This document shows, piece after piece, positions 26,212 through 35,186 of a stretch of DNA of 52,336 nt. The position numbers and the translations under genes are program-made. Within the stretch, counting starts at the first letter, position 1. Each line of letters starts with the position of its first letter. Source of the stretch: Vampirovibrio sp. (GTDB taxonomy: Bacteria > Cyanobacteriota > Vampirovibrionia > Vampirovibrionales > Vampirovibrionaceae); the NCBI GenBank assembly GCA_019634025.1, contig JAHQWC010000029.1, positions 1 to 52,336 on the forward strand, written 5' to 3'. The notes under the pieces were generated by a model. It saw nothing but the letters and a program-made list of their open reading frames with translations, was not told where the DNA came from and ran no database searches.

Positions 26212-26313
26212 CGGGGTAGGTAAGAAGGTGGGTTGACGGAAAAATCCGCTCAGTAAGAATAATCCCTTCTTACCGAAGGGGCAGAGTCCCTAGAATAGGT
26301 ATGCGGTGCATAC
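26212..26313 (+). repeat. Family-A structured intergenic repeat, copy 2
   Basis: CGGGGTAGGTAAGAAGG-[variable]-CCCTTCTTACCGAAGGGGCAGAGTCCCTAGAATAGGTATGCGGTGCATAC. It abuts the stop codon (26316-26318) of the halogenase-like gene. Confidence 0.9.
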
Positions 26314-26315
26314 TA

Positions 26316-27494
26316 CTAGCTGATGTAGCCGTAGCCCATTTGCTCATCGACGATTTCCCAGGTGATGGGGGAAAAGCCGTAAGCCGGAGCGGTGTGAAGG
26401 ACGCCTTTGCTTTTGAGGGTTTTATAGGCCGCCATCATGTCTTTAAACTCTTTGCGTTTATCCAGGCGTTTTTTGGTTTTTTTGGTGGCTTCTTTCCAAA
26501 ACTTAGAGTCATGGTTAGAGCCGCCTTGATAATAGTAACTGATAACATCTTCCATCTCTTGCACAGCCTTTACGAAGGCAGCATTTGTTTTTTCGGCGCA
26601 GACGCCAGCCATCATGTAATCATAGAAGAGGCGAGCGGCGTAAATATAGACGAAGATAGAGTTGGCTACCAAAGGCTCGAAGAACAGGGCTTTGTTGCCG
26701 TTTTTACACACCCGGCCTTCTACCAGGTTGTTGGTGTAATAGCATTTGAAGACAAACTCTTTGTCCTCCAAGCTGTCCACCCCTAAAATCTGCTTCATGT
26801 CTTCACCGACTTCCTCTTTGGACGTGATGCTGTCGTTATACATGTAGCCATAGGTCTTACGAGACTTGAGGGGAACACCGAACATCCAGCCGTGTTTCGT
26901 GGCGATGTGATCGGTGTAGGGTTCATATTGAAAATCGGTGACGTTATGAATCTGGCACCGGTTCACCGGGGTACAATCACTCATGGTATAGTTTTCGTAG
27001 CTGGTGGGAAAGCCCATGCAGTCGATAAGGAAATCGAAGGTGTGCTCGGCGCCGTCAATGGTAACGACCACGTTGTCGGGACGGTTAGACACGTTTGTGA
27101 CATCGCCTTCGATAACTCGAAACTGTTTTGGCCAGAGTTTTTCCAGCCGCTCATAAACAAAATCTTTGAAGTGGAAATTATTGAAATGGATGGCGGTGTT
27201 GCCGTCCAACAAAGGGTTGACCCAAGAGTTATCGCGCCAACCTTCAAACTTGCTACCAAACTTGAGGGTGGCATCCAGGGCGTCTAAGTCAGACTCATTG
27301 CCTAGAAAGAAATGCGTGCCACGTTCTAACAAACCTACAAAGCCGCCATTGGTGCTTTCACCGATGCCCAGAATGGGCTTGGCCGGATTGTGAATGGAAT
27401 AGATCTCCCAGCTGTCATCCAACCAGGTGCAAAAGTGGATTAAACTCAACAAGCCAGCAGAGCCGACGCCGACAACAGCTAATTTACGTTTCAT
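26316..27494 (-). CDS. Tryptophan-halogenase-family FAD-dependent protein (short form, function unknown)
   Basis: Dinucleotide fold 'KLAVVGVGSAGL', 'HGWMFGVPLKSRKTYGYMY' (a variant of the WxWxIP block), and 'ALFFEPLVANSI' (compare FxEPLxSxG). 392 aa, shorter than PrnA/RebH-type enzymes. Confidence 0.5.
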   Translation of the reverse strand: MKRKLAVVGVGSAGLLSLIHFCTWLDDSWEIYSIHNPAKPILGIGESTNGGFVGLLERGTHFFLGNESDLDALDATLKFGSKFEGWRDNSWVNPLLDGNTAIHFNNFHFKDFVYERLEKLWPKQFRVIEGDVTNVSNRPDNVVVTIDGAEHTFDFLIDCMGFPTSYENYTMSDCTPVNRCQIHNVTDFQYEPYTDHIATKHGWMFGVPLKSRKTYGYMYNDSITSKEEVGEDMKQILGVDSLEDKEFVFKCYYTNNLVEGRVCKNGNKALFFEPLVANSIFVYIYAARLFYDYMMAGVCAEKTNAAFVKAVQEMEDVISYYYQGGSNHDSKFWKEATKKTKKRLDKRKEFKDMMAAYKTLKSKGVLHTAPAYGFSPITWEIVDEQMGYGYIS

Positions 27495-27573
27495 AGGACT
27501 TTACGATTGCCTCACAATAACCTATCTTCTTGGACTTTTAGTTTCGGATTTTAATCTGACAGCATAGTTAGCC

Positions 27574-27676
27574 CGGGGTAGGTAAGAAGAAGGAATAGCT
27601 GGAAAGCTAAGTGAAATAGAGAAATTCCTTCTTACCGAAGGGGCGGAGCCCCTATAATTAATACGCATGTGCGTAT
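27574..27676 (+). repeat. Family-A structured intergenic repeat, copy 3
   Basis: CGGGGTAGGTAAGAAGAAGG-[variable]-TTCCTTCTTACCGAAGGGGCGGAGCCCCTATAATTAATACGCATGTGCGTAT. Confidence 0.9.
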
Positions 27677-28094
27677 CATTTCTCAAACAAATATGTGCAC
27701 AACAGCCCCCGAATGATACAGGGATCTATATAAATTAAAACATTTTGAGCAGGGAATTGCCTCATCCGATATACCGAAGATAGGCTCTTTTTATAAAAAT
27801 TAACGATATTTTGTGCCTCGATTGTTGTTACTACATCCCATCAGAAATCAAGTTCCTCATGGAAAAGGATTCCCCTTTTCAATTTTTCAGGTACACTTCT
27901 TAATTGATTCACTAAATCGTCAATTAATTGACTAAATAGATTCGTGAGTCGACTGGGGGTATAAGTTGCGATTTGTGCGTTGTGTGCACAGATTGTTTTG
28001 TTTTACTGGTTTTGTTTTTTGCTTTTTGCATATTCCAATCGTGTAGGCCGGAGGTTTTTATTTGGCTTCCCAATCGGCGGAAACGCTTTTGAAA

Positions 28095-31000
28095 ATGAAT
28101 TTCGGCACCATCAAAAAGATGGCGAAGCCCGGTGGGTGGCGTCGTGGGTATGGGTACTTTCGGGATAAAAAAGCAGCAGACGTAAAACTGACCAAGACCG
28201 GCGTGTCTGCCAAGGTGAAGGGGAATTACAAGTCTCATTACACTGTGGGCCTTACCTTTGAAAAAGAAGGGATTACCCCGGAGTGCAGCTGCCCTTTGGA
28301 TGAGCCCTGGTGCAAACATGCCGTATCTGTGGCGCTGACTGCCGTTGATCAACAACTATGGGAACAGTTTTGGAAGCTTCCTTTGGATGACGGACTGGAT
28401 GCCGATGAGATTGCGGAGACTTTTGAGGGAAATTACCGTATCTATTTTGATCCCAAGCGTAAACCAAAGAAGATCAGCATCCAGTTTGTAGACCGCGACG
28501 AAGGAATGACTATTGCCAAACTGGAGCCGGTATTGAGAACCGCTTTAGACTTACAAAACAGCGGGCAGGTGGATTTTTCCGAATCGGAAAAACGGGAATT
28601 CGGCCTGATGAAGTTTTTGATGGAGCGAGGGCTGAATAAGGCGTCTAAAGACTGGTTTGATCTCAACATCTCAGACACCGACGGGTTGATGAAGCACCTG
28701 AGCGTGATGGAAGACGTTTGCACCAACAGCAATGAGCGGATTACCTTTATGCAGGAGCCTCTGAAGCTGCTGATGTCCGTCAATGTTTCGATGGCGGGCA
28801 ATGTGCTGGTATCCCTGCATTGGCATCGAAAAGACAACGATGATTTTTATCCGTTGGAAGAGATGACGATGTTTAACCGCAATGCCCCGTGGGCCATTCG
28901 AAAAAACAAGATTTACCCCTTATCCAACACGTTGCAAAAGCTGCCGAACCATTTAACCAAGAGTACCTTTTCAGATATTCGCGACAGTGACGGCGGCAAG
29001 TTTATGTATGAAGAGCTGCCCAAGCTACGCAAACTGGTAGAAGTAGACGAAGCGGATATTGTAGACCAACTGCGGCTGGAAGATCGTCCGTTTGAAAAGA
29101 TTTTGAATCTGGAACTGGTGGATGAAGCCACCCTAAAGATTCGAGCCAGCTTGGATTTTTCATACGACGGGGTTAACGTTCCTTTTAGCCGATCCGCACC
29201 AGATTCGCCCTACGTAATGGTGGTGAAAAAAGAAACCGAGACAATTTACTGGTTAAAACGAGACTATAAAGCCGAACGAGCTGCTTATGAAATGCTGTTG
29301 GAAGGCCGTTTGGATCCGGTGCAGACTAACTTTTTAAGCGCCGAAGGCGATGACGCCATTGATTTTTACAACGATGTATTCCCCTCGTTAGGATCTGAGT
29401 GGTCTTTAAAGCATGACGAGGAAGCCTTTAAGACCATGAAAGTGGCCTCTAGCCCCTTGAAGGTGAACGCTCAGATTGATTTTTACGAGGCGGTGGATCA
29501 CTTTACGATGAAAACAGTATGCACCTTGGGAGATAAGGTGCTGGATATTGAAGAAGTGCAACGCTACCTGATGCAGGGGAAAAAGTATTTCTTTTTACCT
29601 GGCGAGGGCTATGTGGAAGTGCCGTTGGCCTCCATTTTGCAGTATGCCAAGACTCTGCAGCATTTTGATGCAGAGAAAATTGGCACCGACGCCCAGGGGT
29701 TTGATATTCATAAAATTCAAACCTTTAAAGCCGGACTGATTGGGGAATTGGTGGATCAAGGGGTGGAACTGGACCTGAGTGAGAAGTTCCAGAAGTTCTG
29801 GGATCTAATCTCCTCCTTCAGCCATTTGGAAGATATTCCGGTGCCGGAAAAAGTGAACGCCGAGCTGCGACCTTACCAGAAACAAGGGTTTAACTGGCTG
29901 TGGTTCTTGTACAGCTATGGGTTGGACGGGATTTTGGCCGATGATATGGGGCTGGGTAAAACATTACAGGCCTTGGTGATGCTGCAGCACGCCAAAGATC
30001 AGGACGGCGGTAAGCCCAACCTGATTGTGTGCCCTACATCGGTGGTTTATAACTGGATGAGCGAAATCCGAAAATTTACCCCGGAACTCACCGTGATGAA
30101 TTTGACCGGACCGGATCGCCATACGCTTTATAAAAAGATTGAAGACGCGGATATTATTTTAACCAGCTACGCCATTTTACGCCGGGATATTAAGGCGTTG
30201 AAAAACTATCCCTTCCGGTGCGTTATTTTGGACGAATCGCAGAACATTAAAAACTTTGAGGCGCAGACCGCCAAGGCGGCCAAGCAGTTACAATCGACCA
30301 ACCGTCTGGCCATGTCGGGCACGCCTATTGAAAACCGCCTGGTTGAGTTGTGGTCGGTGTTTGACTTTTTGATGCCGTCCTTCCTGTATGACATTGATGA
30401 ATTCCGATACCGGTTTGTGGTGCCCATTGAAGAAAAAGGCAACATTGACGCCGAACGCCGGTTACGCCAACAGGTAGCGCCGTTTATTTTACGACGGTTG
30501 AAGAAAGACGTGGCTAAAGATCTGCCGGCCAAGGTGGAAAACATTACCTACTGCGAACTGACCGAAAAGCAGCAGGATCTTTATCTGGATATTCTGGAAA
30601 AATCCAGGGACGAAGTGTTTGCCGCCGCGGCAGACGGCGGGACAAACAAAAACTCGATTTTTGCCGTACTGCGCCGCCTGCAACAAATTTGCTGCCACCC
30701 CCGCCTCATTGGCGATATGGCCAATGGTGTGGATGAATCGGGCAAGTACGAGGTACTGAAAGAAAAACTGAGAGAGATTGTGGAAAACGGCCACCGGGTG
30801 TTGCTGTTTAGCCAGTTTGTAGAGATGTTGAAGATTGTCCGCAGCTCGTTAGAGGTGGAAGGTATTCCGTATGAGTACCTGACTGGGGAAACCAAAGCCG
30901 AGGAACGGCAAAATATTGTGGACCGGTTTAACCGGGATGAATCGATCCCCATTTGCCTGATGAGCTTGAAAGCCGGCGGTACGGGGATTAACCTGACCGG

Positions 31001-31259
31001 CGCGGATTACGTGATTATTTACGATCCGTGGTGGAACCCGGCGGCTGAAGATCAGGCCATTGACCGGGCCCACCGGATTGGCCAGACCAAGAACGTGTTT
31101 GTGTACCGGATGGTGTGTAAGGGCACGGTGGAAGACAAGATTTTGGCCCTACAAGAAACCAAGCGGGATTTGGTGGACAGCATTATTTCTGCGGATCAGG
31201 GCAAGGGCAAAGCGTTGTCGTTTAACGACTTGAAGTCGATTCTGACTCCCGATTTTTAA
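28095..31259 (+). CDS. SWIM zinc-finger / SNF2-family helicase (bacterial SNF2_assoc architecture)
   Basis: SWIM 'CSCPLDEPWCKHAVSV'. Helicase motifs 'ILADDMGLGKTLQA', 'VILDESQNIKN', 'SGTPIENR', 'LLFSQF', 'GGTGINLTGADYVIIYDPWWNPAAEDQAIDRAHRIGQ'. Start set at ATG 28095 (the ORF opens at 28062). Confidence 0.9.
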   Translation: MNFGTIKKMAKPGGWRRGYGYFRDKKAADVKLTKTGVSAKVKGNYKSHYTVGLTFEKEGITPECSCPLDEPWCKHAVSVALTAVDQQLWEQFWKLPLDDGLDADEIAETFEGNYRIYFDPKRKPKKISIQFVDRDEGMTIAKLEPVLRTALDLQNSGQVDFSESEKREFGLMKFLMERGLNKASKDWFDLNISDTDGLMKHLSVMEDVCTNSNERITFMQEPLKLLMSVNVSMAGNVLVSLHWHRKDNDDFYPLEEMTMFNRNAPWAIRKNKIYPLSNTLQKLPNHLTKSTFSDIRDSDGGKFMYEELPKLRKLVEVDEADIVDQLRLEDRPFEKILNLELVDEATLKIRASLDFSYDGVNVPFSRSAPDSPYVMVVKKETETIYWLKRDYKAERAAYEMLLEGRLDPVQTNFLSAEGDDAIDFYNDVFPSLGSEWSLKHDEEAFKTMKVASSPLKVNAQIDFYEAVDHFTMKTVCTLGDKVLDIEEVQRYLMQGKKYFFLPGEGYVEVPLASILQYAKTLQHFDAEKIGTDAQGFDIHKIQTFKAGLIGELVDQGVELDLSEKFQKFWDLISSFSHLEDIPVPEKVNAELRPYQKQGFNWLWFLYSYGLDGILADDMGLGKTLQALVMLQHAKDQDGGKPNLIVCPTSVVYNWMSEIRKFTPELTVMNLTGPDRHTLYKKIEDADIILTSYAILRRDIKALKNYPFRCVILDESQNIKNFEAQTAKAAKQLQSTNRLAMSGTPIENRLVELWSVFDFLMPSFLYDIDEFRYRFVVPIEEKGNIDAERRLRQQVAPFILRRLKKDVAKDLPAKVENITYCELTEKQQDLYLDILEKSRDEVFAAAADGGTNKNSIFAVLRRLQQICCHPRLIGDMANGVDESGKYEVLKEKLREIVENGHRVLLFSQFVEMLKIVRSSLEVEGIPYEYLTGETKAEERQNIVDRFNRDESIPICLMSLKAGGTGINLTGADYVIIYDPWWNPAAEDQAIDRAHRIGQTKNVFVYRMVCKGTVEDKILALQETKRDLVDSIISADQGKGKALSFNDLKSILTPDF

Positions 31260-31350
31260 AATTATTAAACTTTTCGGATCCGGGTTTAAAACACCTGAAA
31301 AAACCGCTAAGATGAAAGATAAAGTGATCCTCTTTTTTGAGGCTGATGCA

Positions 31351-31764
31351 ATGGTGAAACGCTTTTACCCAAAATCTATTGCATGTGCGCTGGTCTTTAG
31401 CCTTCTGACACTAGGCTTTTGCTGCTTTGAAATGGGTGTATCGGCCAGCCACGAGTGCTGCCCGGACAGCCAGCCAACGCATCAAAGCTCTGGTGCGGAC
31501 TCGGAAGATCCTACCCCGTTCTGCGGGATGGTGGCGATGGATCATACCCGAGCCCTTGGCTCAAGCATTGATACATCCAACGTTTCCACCACACCAGAGA
31601 CATTAACCCTTGCCGGGCCTGTCCCGGTCCTTTCGATTGAAGCCTTACTCTGTGCCACCGGCTCATCACAAAAGCCCGCCTGGAAGGCGCTCACGTTTAT
31701 ACAAGACCAGTCGGACCGATACCTAGACTTACAACGCCTACAGGTAGACCACTTTGTTGCTTAA
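31351..31764 (+). CDS. Hypothetical membrane-anchored/secreted Cys-containing protein
   Basis: Start at ATG 31351 (GAGG 8 nt upstream). N-terminal hydrophobic segment 'IACALVFSLLTLGFCCF', then 'SHECCPD' and 'PFCGM'. No family recognised. Confidence 0.5.
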   Translation: MVKRFYPKSIACALVFSLLTLGFCCFEMGVSASHECCPDSQPTHQSSGADSEDPTPFCGMVAMDHTRALGSSIDTSNVSTTPETLTLAGPVPVLSIEALLCATGSSQKPAWKALTFIQDQSDRYLDLQRLQVDHFVA

Positions 31765-31808
31765 GTTCAATAACTATTGATTTATAAGCAACAAAGGAGA
31801 ACTTTCTC

Positions 31809-31931
31809 ATGAAGAAAATGCTGTATATTGCGTTAGCCATGGGCATCTATCACGTGTCCGCCAACCTGCCGGTGCTGGCCGCTTCGGCCTGCTGCGGCGG
31901 CGGACCTTGCTGCCCCGGACCTTGCTGCTAA
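31809..31931 (+). CDS. Unannotated 40-aa secreted cysteine-rich peptide (mature part about 14 aa with three vicinal Cys pairs)
   Basis: My own translation: MKKMLYIALAMGIYHVSANLPVLAAS-ACCGGGPCCPGPCC. SD AAAGGAG 7-8 nt upstream, with a stem-loop just downstream. Below the ORF-track cut-off. Confidence 0.55.
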   Translation: MKKMLYIALAMGIYHVSANLPVLAASACCGGGPCCPGPCC

Positions 31932-31953
31932 TCCATAATTAGCGGTTAAACCG

Positions 31954-31988
31954 AAGCCCCTGTTTTCCAAACCGGAAAGCGGGGGCTT
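31954..31988. terminator. Stem-loop between the convergent Cys-peptide gene and pilD (possible bidirectional terminator)
   Basis: AAGCCCC-TG-TTTCC-AAACC-GGAAA-GCG-GGGGCTT. Only a short T tract follows. Confidence 0.45.
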
Positions 31989-32016
31989 TAGGTTATAAGT
32001 TATCAAGAATCTTCGA

Positions 32017-33066
32017 TTAAGCCGCAGGTGTGGTAAACAACGTTTGGGTTAAAAAGCCCAATACTTCTTGGCCCCAAAAGATTGCCACCAGGATTCCCAC
32101 GATTAAAGACGGGCCTAAGGGCATGTAGGTGAAGCTTTGGCTTTGGCGGGTTTGGCGGAGGAACACCACCAAGCAAACTAAAGACAGCACGATGGATGCC
32201 AGCACCAGGCCGATGGTGACGGGGTTGGGGAGGCCCCACAGGGTAATGAACATAGGGAGTATGCCGAACACCACCCCACCGGTAATGGAGCCCAGGGATA
32301 AATAATCTTTTTTCTGGATCCACTGAATCATCAACATGGGGATGGCCGGCACCGACTGCACAATGAAGCCCAACAGCAGCGCCACAACCGTCAGCTCCCA
32401 GCCCAAGAAAGCGCCGGCGCCCATCATCAGGTGGGTGTCGCCGTGGCCAAAGCCTTCGGTGCCAAAGACGGCTTCACTGAGTAAGATGAGTCCTTCAAAG
32501 AAGATCAGGGCCAAAAACACGCCCAATAGGGCAGAGATGAATGCATCGGGGATGGTGAAGGCTACTATTCCCATATCAATCGGGATGCCATCGCCCCCAC
32601 GACCTGCCAGATTAAGAGCGCTGTATATGAGCCCTGCCGGAATCAACGGCAAGGAGTTGACCTGAAAGATCAGGCTTTCTCGAAAATCGGTGATGGTAAT
32701 GACCATGAGGTTGGAAATTAAAAACAGCAAAAATAAGGTTTGCAGCGATAGTCCAAAGGACCAGAAGGTAAAGGCAAACAACAGACCTGTAGCCATTTCC
32801 ACCAGCGGGTATTGCATGCTGATGGGATCCTTGCAGTGTAGGCATTGCCCCCGCAATAGCAGATAGCTGAGGATAGGGATATTTTCAAACGCTGTTAAAG
32901 GCCGATGACAGTTGGGGCAGCGCGATGACGGCATGACAATGGATTGATCGTTTAAAAACCGCAGCCCCACCACATTGAGAAAGCTGCCCACGATGGCCCC
33001 GAGGACAAACCCCAGCCCAATCATGAGGGGCGTTAAATGCGAGGGAACCGTGAGCATGAGGGACAT
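32017..33066 (-). CDS. pilD: Prepilin peptidase / N-methyltransferase (A24 family)
   Basis: Zinc-binding 'CPNCHRPLTAFENIPILSYLLLRGQCLHCKDPIS', catalytic Asp regions 'ITDFRE' and 'GFGHGDTHLMMGAGAFLGW', multiple TM helices. Confidence 0.88.
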   Translation of the reverse strand: MSLMLTVPSHLTPLMIGLGFVLGAIVGSFLNVVGLRFLNDQSIVMPSSRCPNCHRPLTAFENIPILSYLLLRGQCLHCKDPISMQYPLVEMATGLLFAFTFWSFGLSLQTLFLLFLISNLMVITITDFRESLIFQVNSLPLIPAGLIYSALNLAGRGGDGIPIDMGIVAFTIPDAFISALLGVFLALIFFEGLILLSEAVFGTEGFGHGDTHLMMGAGAFLGWELTVVALLLGFIVQSVPAIPMLMIQWIQKKDYLSLGSITGGVVFGILPMFITLWGLPNPVTIGLVLASIVLSLVCLVVFLRQTRQSQSFTYMPLGPSLIVGILVAIFWGQEVLGFLTQTLFTTPAA

Positions 33067-33081
33067 GTGTTACCTGCCACT

Positions 33082-33927
33082 TTATACTTTGGAATCTGAT
33101 ACCGCTTCTGAAGATTTCGGCGCAAAGTTATTGCCTTCCGGTCGGGCGTCTTCCAGGGAAATCGTCAGCTGATCCAGCGCTTTACGAAGACGTCTGCTGA
33201 CCTGCATTTGAGAGATTCCCATGACCTCGGCAATTTCAGTTTGACTCATATCTTTAAAATAAGTCATCCGAACCACTTCCTGGTATTCCGGCTTCAGCTG
33301 GTCAATGGCCTGTTCTACCAGCATGCGGTTTTCCTGTCCCATCAGCAGTTCCTGGTTTTTATCATCTACCAGGCGCTCTATATATTGGGTTTCAGAATCG
33401 GATTCGCTCATCACAAACTGATCGAGAGAAATGAGCTGCTTACGACGCTCTACCTCTTGCACCTGTACCACTTTGTCCACCGGGCACTGTAACTCTTCGG
33501 CAATCTCCAGATCGGTGGGGGAGCGGCCCAAGTCATCGGAAAGTTTTTGGACAATCATATTCATGCGGTAATACAGTTCGTATACCTGCCGTGGCGCTTT
33601 GATCATGGCGCTTTTGTCTCGCAGGTAATGGCGGATTTCGCCGGTAATGAGGTAAGTGGCATAGGTTTTAAAACTGGTGCCGGCCAGGGGATCAAATTTT
33701 TCTACGGCCTTCATCAGGCCGATGTTGCCTACCTGGATGAGATCTTCTACCGGGTCGGTGCTACGCCGAGCCAGACCGTAGGCAATTTTTTTGACGTACG
33801 GCATGACCTGCCGCACAATTTTGTCTCGGAGCTGCTCTTTTTTCAGGCCGTCTTCCACCAGCAAATACTGGTGGAGATCGTCGGTCAACTCCTCGTTGAA
33901 AATCGCCTCGTTTGATCCTTTGGACAA
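33082..33927 (-). CDS. RNA polymerase sigma factor, SigB/SigF/SigG (group 3) type
   Basis: Region 2 'DLIQVGNIGLMKAVEKFDP..GTSFKTYATYLITGEIRHYLRD', region 3, and region 4 'SQTEIAEVMGISQMQVSRRLRKAL'. Confidence 0.88.
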   Translation of the reverse strand: MSKGSNEAIFNEELTDDLHQYLLVEDGLKKEQLRDKIVRQVMPYVKKIAYGLARRSTDPVEDLIQVGNIGLMKAVEKFDPLAGTSFKTYATYLITGEIRHYLRDKSAMIKAPRQVYELYYRMNMIVQKLSDDLGRSPTDLEIAEELQCPVDKVVQVQEVERRKQLISLDQFVMSESDSETQYIERLVDDKNQELLMGQENRMLVEQAIDQLKPEYQEVVRMTYFKDMSQTEIAEVMGISQMQVSRRLRKALDQLTISLEDARPEGNNFAPKSSEAVSDSKV

Positions 33928-34126
33928 AGTCTTGATCCCGTCTATTATGAGTTGATTATACCATTTTGAACTCGGTTCAAACGGGCCGAACTCAACTTGA
34001 TTTCACCGCTTCTTTCGGCTAAAAGTGAGCCTAGAGGCTGCTTATCCCAATCCAGACCCGCAGCCCTGAAATCCTCTATTCAATGGACACTTTTCCAGCG
34101 CGTTACCTCAAAAAGGAGTTCACCCG

Positions 34127-35044
34127 ATGGCAACCTCCCCTTCAGCCAATCCTTCATCTGTTGAACCCACCTCAAAAGGCAACAAAACCATTTTAGTGGC
34201 GGAACATGCCGGTTTTTGCCATGGGGTGAAACGGGCGGTGGAAAACACGCTGAAATTGGGGGATGAGAGCGATAAGAAAGTCTATGTCATCGGCAAGCTG
34301 ATTCATAACCAGCAGGTGATTGATCAGATGGGTGAAAAAGAGATTGTCACCGTGAGCTCCCTGGACGAAGTGCCTGCCGGCAGCATTTGCGTGGTGAGAA
34401 CCCACGGCGCACCGCCGGAGATTGTGAGCCAGGCCGAAGCAAAAGGCGTGGATGTGTCTGACGCCACTTGCCCCGATGTCCGGCTGGTACAAAACAAAGC
34501 GATTCAACTGGCGGAAGAAGGATACACCGTGGTGGTGGTGGGCAAAGAAGATCATCCGGAAATTGTTGGCATTACCGCCCACGCTGGTGAAGTAAATGGC
34601 GCCCGGATTATTACCATTAACCACCCCGACGACATTAAAGCTCGGTTGCAGGGACTGCCGACTCGCCGAATTGGTGTGGTCTCCCAAACCACCCAGATGG
34701 AAGAAACGTTTTTCCAGATGGTGAAAGAACTATCTAAAGTGGCCAAAGAGTTAAAGGTTTTTAACACCATTTGTCCTGCCACCTATTTTCGTCAAAACGC
34801 GGCTGCCGAGCTGGCGTCCAAGGTTGATTTTATGGTGGTGATTGGCGGCAAGATGAGCTCGAACACCACACACCTGGCTGATTTATGTAAGACCGAAGGG
34901 ACGCAAGCCATTCATGTGGAAACCTATAAAGAGCTGGAAGGTTGCCAAGGTTTAATGGATGCCAAGGTCGTTGGCGTCACCGCAGGCGCCTCAACACCAG
35001 ACTGGATTATTGAAGAAGTCATTGACTATCTGAAGTCCCTGTAA
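34127..35044 (+). CDS. ispH: 4-hydroxy-3-methylbut-2-enyl diphosphate reductase
   Basis: 'GFCHGVKRAV', 'VRTHGAPPE', 'DATCPDV', 'SQTTQ', 'TICPATYFRQ', 'SSNTTHL'. SD AAAGGAG. Confidence 0.93.
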   Translation: MATSPSANPSSVEPTSKGNKTILVAEHAGFCHGVKRAVENTLKLGDESDKKVYVIGKLIHNQQVIDQMGEKEIVTVSSLDEVPAGSICVVRTHGAPPEIVSQAEAKGVDVSDATCPDVRLVQNKAIQLAEEGYTVVVVGKEDHPEIVGITAHAGEVNGARIITINHPDDIKARLQGLPTRRIGVVSQTTQMEETFFQMVKELSKVAKELKVFNTICPATYFRQNAAAELASKVDFMVVIGGKMSSNTTHLADLCKTEGTQAIHVETYKELEGCQGLMDAKVVGVTAGASTPDWIIEEVIDYLKSL

Positions 35045-35186
35045 CAAAATAAGCACCACTTCCATACTTGTCGTAGAATACCGATCAATTTCTAAAGATA
35101 GACGACAAGATCCCAAACAAAAAACTTAAAGTGTCCATCCACCCCAGAAAGCACCTAACGAATAACCAAAGGAGATCATTGACAAC

